From positions 41,788,001 to 41,852,000 of the forward strand of contig OZ024740.1 in the NCBI GenBank assembly GCA_964016885.1: a stretch of 64,000 bases of DNA, in the 5' to 3' direction. The notes beneath the pieces were generated by a model, which was not told the origin of the DNA, did not search any database, and saw only the letters and a program-made list of their open reading frames with translations. The position numbers and the translations under genes are program-made. Below are positions 26,350 to 39,500 of the stretch, piece after piece (the stretch's first letter is position 1; each line of letters begins with the position of its first letter). This stretch comes from Eledone cirrhosa (lineage: Eukaryota).

Positions 26350-26351
<2 letters not shown>
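26163..26351 (+). mobile_element. Family E fold-back + tail element, copy 2
   Basis: ~50-bp inverted arms around tagtccagaat, then a ~78-bp tail ending ttccttcgt(TA)n. Confidence 0.8.
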
Positions 26352-26393
<42 letters not shown>

Positions 26394-26401
<8 letters not shown>

Positions 26402-26946
26402 TAAAATAACAGATTAAAATTTAAGCAAAGAATCGCTGCTTTCACCCTTAACGGGATCTTCTGAAACTAACAAAGTCAATCTGTAAACACAGAAGTGGAT
26501 ATTTCAAAAAACGTTGCAACTGGAGGAAGACAGGAAGACGATACATTGGTTCGTGGAAACGTTCGCTTGCAAAGAACGGGAAAAAACGAATAATACGTCA
26601 TTAATAGGAGCGGTGAAAAACAATTACACGCAAAGACAAAACCACGTTTATGGTATAAAAGAAGTCGTAGAATAATGTTCTTTGCCAGGGAACGTTTCCA
26701 CGAACCAAAGTATCGTCTTCCTGTCTTCCTCTGGTTGCAACGTTTTTTGAAATATCCACTTCTGTGTTTACAGATTGACTTTGTTAGTTTCAGAAGATCC
26801 CGTTAAGGGTGAAAGCAGCGATTCTTTGCTTAAACTTTAATCTGTTATTTTAATAAATATTTTCTCTACGGTTCTTATATATTTGATATATATTTATCCT
26901 TATCGAGCCCTCTTTGGATTTTAGTCTTCAAATTTATTATTATTAC
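26394..26946 (+). mobile_element. Fold-back element with ~180-bp arms and ~86-bp tail; decayed hammerhead-like motif
   Basis: Arms 26394-26577 and 26677-26860; cagaaga t ccc gttaa ggg t GAAA gcagc at ~26791-26819; the tail recurs alone, inverted, at 32660-32726. Confidence 0.7.
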
Positions 26947-27041
26947 TATATATATATATATATATGTCGTATGGTTGCTAGAATGCATCCATAAGCGGTA
27001 TGCCGGTTGAGCACACGATTATATATATATATATATATATA

Positions 27042-27330
27042 GTTATACTTTGGGAGGGCCATATTGCCAATAAGGAACACACGCACTAGTTGCTTTCACT
27101 CAAATTTATTATAAATTTAAAAAAAAAAATATTTCTTAAAATATTTTTTCTTTTTTTTCTTTTTTTTTTAAATTTATAAATTTCCAGTTGGTTGGTTGGT
27201 TCCACAACCGGACATTTGTTCATATATTGTCAAAGTTCTTTCGTCACACATTCTGTGACCTCTTCAGTGGCGGGATTTTTTTCTTTGTTTTGTGCCTCTC
27301 CTTTGTTCTGTCCTACGTCATCTTCTTTTT
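27042..27330 (-). mobile_element. Single-arm copy of the 14040-14492 family, with hammerhead motif at 27229-27271
   Basis: Homologous to 14045-14290; minus strand gcca CTGAAGA g gtcac agaatgt gtgac GAAA gaac TT tgac. Confidence 0.75.
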
Positions 27331-27489
27331 GTGTGTGTATATAGATACATACATATGTGTGTGTGTGTGAGAAAGGTAAGCGGAATAAACAGAATAGAAA
27401 ATGAAGTTCAATGAAGATATACACATACGAGTATACAGATTTATACAAACATACATACGTATACACAAAAACTCACTCACACACACACG

Positions 27490-27571
27490 CGTGGATTGGC
27501 AGTATCGGTAGAGGATCGGACGCCATGCTTTGACGCATAGAATTACGGCCCTTGCCATTCTGAGTTCAAAT
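27490..27571 (+). mobile_element. 3'-truncated SINE (tRNA-related head only)
   Basis: gtggattggcagtatcggtagagg...ctgagttcaaat. Confidence 0.8.
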
Positions 27572-27770
27572 ATAGATACTCTAATAAACTCTCAATATAC
27601 AACACCAATTAAAAATCAGACAACTGTGTATATCACTCCAATTACTCCAGTATATATTATGCAACTCACTATCCTGTCATAAAAAAACTTCAACTATCTC
27701 TACACAATCTACTGTATGTATGTATGTATATACATATATATATATGTATCTGTGTGTATGTATGTGCATA

Positions 27771-27801
<31 letters not shown>

Positions 27802-28775
27802 ATATGTATATACCTTATATTATATATACATACACTAACTATGTAAAAACTATCTAGTTATAATAAACTAATTAAAATACAGGTTTTTAACCCCCTCCAC
27901 ACAAGTTTAAAAGATAACAATTATATAACCAATAATATTTTATATTTTATATACTCTATAACACTACCACAATATTAAAACAACCCTTAATTTATCAACA
28001 ACCTTAATTACCTCCCTTTGTTATTAACCCCCTTTACAACTTCCTGTGTAAACTTATAAAATTAAGCAACTTAACGGTTCACCAACAGCTTAATAACGGT
28101 TAATACAAACCCTAGAAAAGATAATTTGTGGATAAAAAATGCATAAAATAATATACCTAAAATAACAACACGGCCAGTAATTCGGTGGAATTTACATTTA
28201 ACAAACATCTATTGACTATAAACGACTCAAAATAATCCCATGGTTAATAGCTGTGAGTTACAAACAACATATACACATACATACGAACTACAACACATAA
28301 ACACTTGAATGAAAATCACATACCCAACTCTATCATGTGCTTTGCATTACACCTTACATAACAAATACCTACATTATCACCACATGCCTCACTAACAAAT
28401 TACACACTATCTTAAACATTTCTAACAATTAAAACATGATTTAACACCCGACACAAAATATGTTTATTTCAACTGCATTAAAACTCTTTCCTCATACATG
28501 CCTTATTGACTGTATTGACTCCTGCATTGTACACCAATTTCCCTTGCTTATAACTTTTTTGCCTGGTTTTTTAGCTTGTGTTTTTTTTAGCTTGTGATTT
28601 TTTTGCGTATACCTATTACACTTCCAACCAGTGCTGCCTGTAATTGCGTTCTTTCAAGCAGAACATCTTTTTAACTCCTGACTCTCCACATGATGCATTT
28701 GACACTAATAACAATTATGTACCCTAAATGTTCTAAATGACTAGGATTTTAGTTACATGTTTCGACATTCCTTAT

Positions 28776-28820
28776 GCTCCGATGATTCCAAACTTCACTC
28801 TGGAAGAAACAATTGTCAGC
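28776..28820 (+). ncRNA. Minimal hammerhead motif with U4C change and palindromic stem III
   Basis: gct CCGATGA ttcca aacttcactc tggaa GAAA caattg TC agc taataaa; followed by a ~140-bp tail into (TA)n. Confidence 0.65.
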
Positions 28821-28974
28821 TAATAAATGTTCTAAACTAAAATTTGATCGTTTTAACACTTTGTATCTCGGCTCTGTAAAACATTTGAAAATTGTCATAC
28901 CGATAACCGGCTAGTACTTAGTACTACCCTACATATTTATAGTTATATCAAACATATATAAATATAAATATTAC

Positions 28975-29043
<69 letters not shown>

Positions 29044-29154
29044 GTATATATATATATAATATAGTTAATAGAGGAAACAAAAAACAACAACACAGGAATG
29101 CAAACTTACAGCTATATTAGGTTTACGCTTGGAGGAAATGGAGGAATATATATA

Positions 29155-29683
<529 letters not shown>

Positions 29684-29905
29684 TATATATATATATATAG
29701 AATTCACTTTCAACACTTGACCGGCTCCACCCACTCCCTCATTGTTCTACAGGTAAGTTGAGCCACCCTAACCTCCCACCCATCGCCATGAAAGATTCAA
29801 TTGTGTTTACAAGAAATTTTGACCAATCCTTTTGACAACTACAATCTTCCTATATAAGGAATTTCCCCTTGAAAGGTTCGGCTATTTATTGCCACGTTAA
29901 AAATT

Positions 29906-29968
29906 CTAATTTAGTCCAGAAATAACCATCGAAACGGCTTGAGCTCTGCCGTCGGGGTTAAACATTTT

Positions 29969-29972
<4 letters not shown>
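29906..29972 (+). mobile_element. Family E single arm, copy 4
   Basis: ctaatttagtccagaaataaccatcgaaacggcttgagctctgccgtcgggg...ttcc(TA)n. Confidence 0.75.
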
Positions 29973-30014
<42 letters not shown>

Positions 30015-30021
<7 letters not shown>

Positions 30022-30403
30022 GTGAGGTTTTTTTACAAAATGAAAAATAACCGAGGTGTCCTGCACGAGTGAAAGTATAAAGAAAAAAAGACGAAATCGA
30101 AAATGCAACTGGAGTCTTATTTAAAAAAAAATATATATATTTATTTGGTTCCTTTACCGGTTTCGCAGTTCTTCTGCTTTTCAAAAGTAGAGTTGAGATG
30201 GAGGGTCTGTGGTTTTTCTCACATCTGGTTGGTCTTTGAATGTTACTTGTTTTATAGGGAAAAAAGTGGCTCGAAACGCCAGGTTTTTAGAGAAGTAATT
30301 TGATTGGTTGGTGAATAAGTATAATAAATTTCGCGCCAGTTCGCGTTACAAAGTTCTTCAAACAAAGAACTTTGTAACGCGAACTGGCGCGAAATTTATT
30401 ATA
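30015..30403 (-). mobile_element. Diverged relative of the 17803 family, with a terminal ~39-bp hairpin and a U3:A8 hammerhead
   Basis: Shares gatt(t)ggttgg and aaatttcgcgcca motifs with 18055-18110; inverted arms 30320-30358 and 30365-30403. Confidence 0.65.
30152..30187 (-). ncRNA. Minimal hammerhead motif with compensatory U3:A8 core pair
   Basis: ctt TTGAAAA gcag aagaa ctgc GAAA ccgg TA aag: 3-bp stem I, 4-bp stem II, palindromic CCGG, GUA site, AATAAA a few nt later. Confidence 0.65.
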
Positions 30404-30407
30404 TATA

Positions 30408-30485
<78 letters not shown>

Positions 30486-30489
<4 letters not shown>

Positions 30490-30986
30490 ATTTGAATGGA
30501 TACAGTTTAGTTGAAAGGAATTTATTGACACGTGTTTCTATAACAGTTACATAACCTGAAAACAGCTGCTATCTACAAAGTTTAGATGGGAATCTAATTA
30601 CTCACTGCCACCAAAAATTCTCACTGCTATCAAAAACCACTACCTCAACTATTCTTCTAACAACTTCACCTCTCCCTCCTAATATTCTCTATAAAAACCA
30701 AATAGGTCCTCAGTAATATTATTCTGATGAAATGACAGTAAATAATAACATTGAAATATTGAATGTCTGCATAACTAAAATTTTGTAGATAGCAGCTGTT
30801 TTCAGGTTATGTAACTGTTATAGAAACACGTGTCAATAAATTCCTTTCAACTAAACTGTATCCATTCAAATCTTTCTATTTTTCTCCGGATTACTTTTGG
30901 AACTACAACTGGAACCGTCGAGCAAACTCTACGTGAGCTGTCAATCTACTGTGTGTAATATTTATATTACAACACAACGGAAAATA

Positions 30987-30989
<3 letters not shown>
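30486..30989 (+). mobile_element. Fold-back + tail element in (TA)n with two tandem decayed hammerhead-like motifs
   Basis: Arms ~30486-30585 and 30775-30875; att CTGATGA aatg..catt GAAA (30721-30764) and ttgtaga tagcag..ctgtta ta GAAA cacgtg TC aataaa (30783-30840). Confidence 0.7.
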
Positions 30990-31077
<88 letters not shown>

Positions 31078-31131
31078 AATATATATATAGATACATATAT
31101 GTATATATATATATAAATATATACATATATG

Positions 31132-31201
<70 letters not shown>

Positions 31202-31255
31202 AATATATATATAGATACATATATGTATATATATATATAAATATATACATATATG

Positions 31256-31326
<71 letters not shown>

Positions 31327-31534
31327 GTGTGTGTCTGTGATATAAAAGACACTGAGGAAAGAGGACGACTAAGGCTTGATGAAGTATCGTTCTTTAATAT
31401 CAGAATACTGTGTTCTTTTTGGTTTTATTTCATTGCATGGCAGTATGTTTTGACTTCATTTATAATTTATGCTTGGTGGATGATTTAGTTTATAGTGGAG
31501 GTTTATGAGTGAAGAGTTCATGTTTAATGCTCAC

Positions 31535-32068
31535 AGATAAAACATTAGATGTTTTATCTGTAACATGTGTGAACATCATGTTTCATGTGTAAATAATACA
31601 TGTTTTATGTGTGAACCTTACATGGTTTTATGTGTGAATATTAGATGGTTTCATGTGTGGAGATTACATGTTTTATGTGTAAACATTACATGTTTTATGT
31701 GTGAACATTATATGGTTTTATGTGTAAACATTACATGTTTTATATGTGAACATTACATGTTTTATGTGTGAACATTACATGTTTTATGTGTAAACATTAC
31801 ATGTTTTATGTGTAAACATTAACGTTTTATGTGTGAACATTACATGTTTTATGTGTAAATATTACATGTTTTAGGTGTAAATATTATATATTTTTATGTG
31901 TAAATATTTCATGTTTTATGTGTGAATATTACATGTTTTATGTGTTAACATTACGTTTTATGTGTAAACATTACATATTTTATGTGTGACATGGTTTTAT
32001 GTGTAAACAATACATGGTTTTATGTGTAAACATTACATGTTTTATGTGTAAACATTACATGGTTTATG
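31535..32068. repeat. 22-bp minisatellite (acattacatgttttatgtgtaa), ~24 degenerate copies
   Basis: Direct reading. Confidence 0.9.
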
Positions 32069-32174
32069 GCACAGTAGTTTATATGTTGTATGATGTAGGG
32101 TTGTATATAATATAATTTGATATGAAACACTCTCACTCATACACACACACACACATATATATATATATGTACAT

Positions 32175-32485
32175 ATGAAATTGAGACTAATCAACCTATT
32201 TACTTAGGCGTCAAAACTATATGTTTGCGCCTATATTGAATTCTAGCAGAAAGCGAGGTAAAAGGGTGGATTACGGTTATAACGACCATAAGTCAGAAAC
32301 GGCCGTCCGTAATTTCCCCTTTGCATCTGCTGGAATTCATCTAGTGGCGCCCTGACACCAGATTTCAAACTTCATAGCTAAAGGATTTCAAATATTTATT
32401 CGTAAACATACTCTCTATTTTTTAATACAAAATACAGATACTTATATGCATACAACTATGTTGGAGCGAATACCTTAATTATAAA
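32175..32485 (+). mobile_element. TA-inserted element with a heavily decayed hammerhead inside a long stem
   Basis: attacg [gttataa] cgac cataa gtca GAAA cggccg TC cgtaat (32270-32313), enclosed by tgaattctagcaga/tctgctggaattca. Confidence 0.5.
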
Positions 32486-32487
32486 TG

Positions 32488-32604
<117 letters not shown>

Positions 32605-32626
32605 ATATATATACATATATATATAT

Positions 32627-32659
<33 letters not shown>

Positions 32660-32719
32660 GTAATAATAATAAAATTGAAGACTAAAATCCAGAGAGGGCT
32701 CGATAAGGAAAATATATAT

Positions 32720-32781
<62 letters not shown>

Positions 32782-32816
32782 CATGTATACATATACATAT
32801 ATATATACATATATAC

Positions 32817-32935
<119 letters not shown>

Positions 32936-33539
32936 TATATATATATAAGAGGAAGGTATTTAGACAGAGAGGGGGGTTGGAGGAGATGTTGAAAGGTGGG
33001 GTGGGGTGTGTGTGTGGGGTGGTGGTGGGGGGTGGAGAATTAAATACCACCCCTGATAAATGCTGGAAATGGAAACCTTATAAATAAATAAAATTCCTTG
33101 AGATGGAACACAATTAGACAGTTCTCATAATGAACTGAAACCGAACAAATGCTAAGATGGGAATTATCGGAACAAATAATTATCTAACGTGACATATGTA
33201 ATTAATGACGTATATTTTAAGGATGAGTAATTCGGAAAGTTCCTATTGAATTATTATTCAGGTTACTATCAGCTTAAAAAAGTTTTACGAACAGTTATTT
33301 TGCTAGATATAAATACAATTGAAAATAAAACCAATACTGATATTCGGTGTCATTTTCTCATACAATACCACACCAGTAATAATATGAAGCTTTCCTCTTC
33401 TTAAAAAAGCTATGATGAAATACATAATTATTTGAAACGTCCAGCTTGTTGAATGAAATAAAACCTAATTGCCTGTAACTCTCACAAAATACGAGAAAAT
33501 AATTGTAAATAATTGTCTAGAGTTTTCTCTCCAGCTGAT

Positions 33540-36500
33540 ACTGTTGTATAACCCTGTTAAGGCTGTAGTATATAACTCGCTACTGTTGTATAACCCTGTT
33601 AAGGCTGTAGTATATAACTCGCTACTGTTGTATAACCCTGTTAAGGCTGTAGTATATAACTCGCTACTGTTACATAACCACTGTTAAGGCTGTAGTATAT
33701 AAATCGCTACTGTTGTATAACCCTGTTAAGGCTGTAGTATATAACTCGCTACTGTTGTATAACCCTGTTAAGGCTGTAGTATATAACTCGCTACTGTTAC
33801 ATAACCACTGTTAAGGCTGTAGTATATAAATCGCTACTGTTGTATAACCCTGTTAAGGCTGTAGTATATCTCTATACTGTTATATAATCCTGTTAAGGGT
33901 GTAGTATATCTCTCTATACTGTTATATAACCACTGTTAAGGCTGTAGTATATCTCTCTATACTGTTATATAACCCTGTTAAGGCTGTAGTATATCTCTCT
34001 ATATTGTTATATAACCACTGTTAAGGCTGTAGTATATCTCTCTATACTGTTATATAACCCTGTTAAGGGTGTAGTATATCTCTCTATACTGTTATATAAC
34101 CACTGTTAAGGCTGTAGTATATCTCTCTATACTGTTATATAACCCCTGTTAAGGCTGTAGTATACCTCTCTATACTGTTATATAACCACAGTCAAGGCTG
34201 TAGTATATCTCTATACTGTTATATAACCCCTGTTAAGGGTGTAGTATATGTCTCTATACTGTTATATAACCACTGTTAAGGCTGTAGTATATCTCTCTAT
34301 ACTGTTATATAACCACTGTTAAGGCTGTAGTATATCTCTCTATAATGTTATATAACCCCAGTTAAGGCTGTAGTATACCTCTCTATACTGTTATATAACC
34401 CCAGTTAAGGCTCTAGTATACCTCTCTATACTGTTATATAACCCTGTTAAGGGTGTAGTATATCTCTCTACACTGTTATATAACCACTGTTAAGGCTGTA
34501 GTATATCTCTCTATACTGTTATATAACCCCTGTTAAGGCTGTAGTATATCTCTCTATACTGTTATATAATCCCTGTTAAGGCTGTAGTATATCTCTCTAT
34601 ACTGTTATATAACCACTGTTAAGGCTGTAGTATATCTCTATACTGTTATATAACCCCAGTTAAGGCTGTAGTATATATCTCTATACTGTTATATAACCCC
34701 TGTTAAGGCTGTAGTATATCTCTCTATACTGTTATATAACCACTGTTAAGGCTGTAGTATATCTCTATACTGTTATATAACCCCAGTTAAGGCTGTAGTA
34801 TATATCTCTATACTGTTATATAACCCCTGTTAAGGCTGTAGTATATATCTCTATACTGTTATATAACCACTGTTAAGGCTGTAGTATATCTCTATACTGT
34901 TATATAACCCCAGTTAAGGCTGTAGTATATCTCTCTATACTGTTATATAACCCCAGTTAAGGCTGTAGTATATCTCTCTATACTGTTATATAACCCCTGT
35001 TAAGGCTGTAGTATATATCTCTATACTGTTATATAATCCCTGTTAAGGCTGTAGTATATCTCTCTATACTGTTATATAACCACTGTTAAGGCTGTAGTAT
35101 ATCTCTATACTGTTATATAACCCCAGTTAAGGCTGTAGTATATATCTCTATACTGTTATATAACCACTGTTAAGGCTGTAGTATATCTCTCTATACTGTT
35201 ATATAACCACTGTTAAGGGTGTAGTATATCTCTCTATACTGTTATATAACCCTTGCTAAGGCTGTAGTATATCTCTCTATACTGTTATATAACCACTGTT
35301 AAGGCTGTAGTATATCTCTCTATACTGTTATATAACCCCTGTTAAGGCTGTAGTATACCTCTCTATACTGTTATATAACCACTGTTAAGGCTGTAGTATA
35401 TCTCTATACTGTTATATAATCACTGTTAAAGGTGTAGTATACCTCTCTATACTGTTGTATAACCCCTGTTAAGGCTGTAGTATACCTCTCTATACTGTTA
35501 TATAACCCCTGTTAAGGCTGTAGTATATCTCTATACTGTTATATAACCACTGTTAAGGCTGTAGTATATCTCTCTATACTGTTATATATCCACTGTTAAG
35601 GCTGTAGTATATCTCTATACTGTTATATAACCACTGTTAAGGCTGTGGTATATCTCTATATACTGTTATATTACCACTGTTAAGGCTGTAGTATACCTCT
35701 CTATACTGTTATATAACCACTGTTAAGGCTGTAGTATATCTCTATACTGTTATATAACCACTGTTAAGGCTGTAGTATATCTCTCTATACTGTTATATTA
35801 TCACTGTTAAGGCTGTAGTATATCTCTCTATACTGTTATATAACCACTGTTAAGGCTGTAGTATATCTCTCTATACTGTTATATAACCACTGTTAAGGCT
35901 GTAGTATATCTCTATATACTGTTATATTACCACTGTTAAGGCTGTAGTATAGCTCTCTATACTGTTATATAACCACTGTTAAGGCTGTAGTATATCTCTA
36001 TACTGTTATATAACCACTGTTAAGGCTGTTGTATATCTCTCTATACTGTTATATTATCACTGTTCAGGCTGTAGTATATCTCTCTATACAGTTATATAAC
36101 CACTGTTAAGGCTGTAGTATATCTCTCTATACTGTTATATAACCACTGTTACGGCTGTAGTATATCTCTCTATACTGTTATATTACCACTGTTAAGGCTG
36201 TAGTATACCTCTCTATATTGTTATATAACCACTGTTAAGGCTGTAGTATATCTCTCTATACTGTTATATAACCACTGTTAAGGCTGTAGTATATCTCTCT
36301 ATACTGTTATATAACCACTGTTAAGGCTGTAGTATATCTCTATATACTGTTATATTACCACTGTTAAGGCTGTAGTATACCTCTCTATACTGTTATATAA
36401 CCACTGTTAAGGCTGTAGTATATCTCTATACTGTTATATAACCACTGTTAAGGCTGTAGTATATCTCTCTATACTGTTATATTATCACTGTTAAGGCTGT

Positions 36501-39500
36501 AGTATATCTCTCTATAATGTTATATAACCACTGTTAAGGCTGTAGTATATCTCTCTATAATGTTATATAACCACTGTTAAGGCTGTAGTATATCTCTCTA
36601 TACTGTTATATTACCACTGTTAAGGCTGTAGTATACCTCTCTATACTGTTATATAACCACTGTTAAGGCTGTAGTATATCTCTCTATACTGTTATATTAC
36701 CACTGTTAAGGCTGTAGTATATCTCTATATACTGTTATATAACCACTGTTAAGGCTGTAGTATATCTCTATATACTGTTATATAACCCCAGTTAAGGCTG
36801 TAGTATATCTCTCTATACTGTTATATAACCCCTGTTAAGGCTGTAGTATATCTCTCTATACTGTTATATAACCACTGTTAAGGCTGTAGTATACCTCTCT
36901 ATACTGTTATATAACCACTGTTAAGGCTGTAGTATATCTCTCTATACTGTTATATAACCCCTGTTAAGGCTGTAGTATACCTCTCTATACTGTTATATAA
37001 CCCTTGCTAAGGCTGTAGTATATCTCTCTATACTGTTATATAACCACTGTTAAGGCTGTAGTATATCTCTCTATACTGTTGTATAACCCCTGTTAAGGCT
37101 GTAGTATACCTCTCTATACTGTTATATAACCCTTGCTAAGGCTGTAGTATACCTCTCTATACTGTTATATAACCCCTGTTAAGGCTGTAGCATATCTCTC
37201 TATACTGTTATATAACCCCAGTTAAGGCTGTAGTATACCTCTCTATACTGTTATATAACCCCTGTTAAGGCTGTAGTATATCTCTCTATACTGTTATATA
37301 ACCCCAGTTAAGGCTGTAGTATATCTCTATACTGTTATATAACCCCTGTTAAGGCTGTAGTATATCTCTCTATATTGTTATATAACCCCAGTTAAGGCTG
37401 TAGTATACCTCTCTATACTGTTATATAACCACTGTTAAGGCTGTAGTATATCTCTCTATACTGTTATATAACCCCTGTTAAGGCTGTAGTATATCTCTCT
37501 ATACTGTTATATAACCACTGTTAAGGCTGTAGTATATCTCTATACTGTTATATAACCCCTGTTAAGGCTGTAGTATATCTCTCTATACTGTTATATAACC
37601 ACTGTTAAGGCTGTAGTATACCTATCTATACTGTTATATAACCCCTGTTAAGGCTGTAGTATATCTCTCTATACTGTCATATAACCCCTGTGAAGGCTGT
37701 AGTATACCACTCTATACTGTTATATAACCACTGTTAAGGCTGTAGTATACCCCTCTATACTGTTATATAACCCCTGTTAAGGCTGTAGTATACCTCTCTA
37801 TACTGTTATATAACCCCTGTTAAGGCTGTAGCATATCTCTCTATACTGTTATATAACCCCAGTTAAGGCTGTAGTATACCTCTCTATACTGTTATATAAC
37901 CCCTGCTAAGGCTGTAGTATACCTCTCTATACTGTTATATAACCACTGTTAAGGCTGCAGTATATCTCTATACTGTTATATAACCCCTGCTAAGGCTGTA
38001 GTATATCTCTATACTGTTATATAACCCCAGTTAAGGCTGTAGTATATATCTCTATACTGTTATATAACCCCTGTTAAGGCTGTAGTATATCTCTCTATAC
38101 TGTTATATAACCACTGTTAAGGCTGTAGTATATCTCTATACTGTTATATAACTCCAGTTAAGGCTGTAGTATATATCTCTATACTGTTATATAACCCCTG
38201 TTAAGGCTGTAGTATACCTCTCTATACTGTTATATAACCCCAGTTAAGGCTGTAGTATATATCTCTATACTGTTATATAACCACTGTTAAGGGTGTAGTA
38301 TATCTCTCTATACTGTTATATAACCACTGTTAAAGGTGTAGTATACCTCTCTATACTATTGTATAACCCCTGTTAAGGCTGTAGTATACCTCTCTATACT
38401 GTTATATAACCCTTGCTAAGGCTGTAGTATATCTCTCTATACTGTTATATAACCACTGTTAAGGCTGTAGTATATCTCTCTATACTGTTGTATAACCCCT
38501 GTTAAGGCTGTAGTATACCTCTCTATACTGTCATATAACCCCTGTGAAGGCTGTAGTATACCACTCTATACTGTTATATAACCACTGTTAAGGCTGTAGT
38601 ATACCCCTCTATACTGTTATATAACCCCTGTTAAGGCTGTAGCATACCTCTCTATACTGTTATATAACCCCTGCTAAGGCTGTAGTATACCTCTCTATAC
38701 TGTTATATAACCCCTGCTAAGGCTGTAGTATACCTCTCTATACTGTTATATAACCCCTGCTAAGGCTGTAGTATACCTCTCTATACTGTTATATAACCCC
38801 TGCTAAGGCTGTAGTATACCTCTCTATACTGTTATATAACCCCTGCTAAGGCTGTAGTATACCTCTCTATACTGTTATATAACCCCTGCTAAGGCTGTAG
38901 TATACCTCTCTATACTGTTATATAACCCCTGCTAAGGCTGTAGTATACCTCTCTATACTGTTATATAACCCCTGCTAAGGCTGTAGTATACCTCTCTATA
39001 CTGTTATATAACCCCTGCTAAGGCTGTAGTATACCTCTCTATACTGTTATATAACCCCTGCTAAGGCTGTAGTATACCTCTCTATACTGTTATATAACCC
39101 CTGCTAAGGCTGTAGTATACCTCTCTATACTGTTATATAACCCCTGTTAAGGCTGTAGTATACCTCTCTATACTGTTATATAACCCCTGCTAAGGCTGTA
39201 GTATACCTCTCTATACTGTTATATAACCCCTGCTAAGGCTGTAGTATACCTCTCTATACTGTTATATAACCCCTGCTAAGGCTGTAGTATACCTCTCTAT
39301 ACTGTTATATAACCCCTGTTAAGGCTGTAGTATACCTCTCTATACTGTTATATAACCCCTGCTAAGGCTGTAGTATACCTCTCTATACTGTTATATAACC
39401 ACTGTTAAGGCTGTAGTATATCTCTATACTGTTATATAACCCCTGTTAAGGCTGTAGTATATCTCTATACTGTTATATAACCCCAGTTAAGGCTGTAGTA

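Noticed and set aside
33050-33090. ctgataaa...ggaaac hammerhead-like string
   Set aside because: No convincing stems I or II and an altered core.
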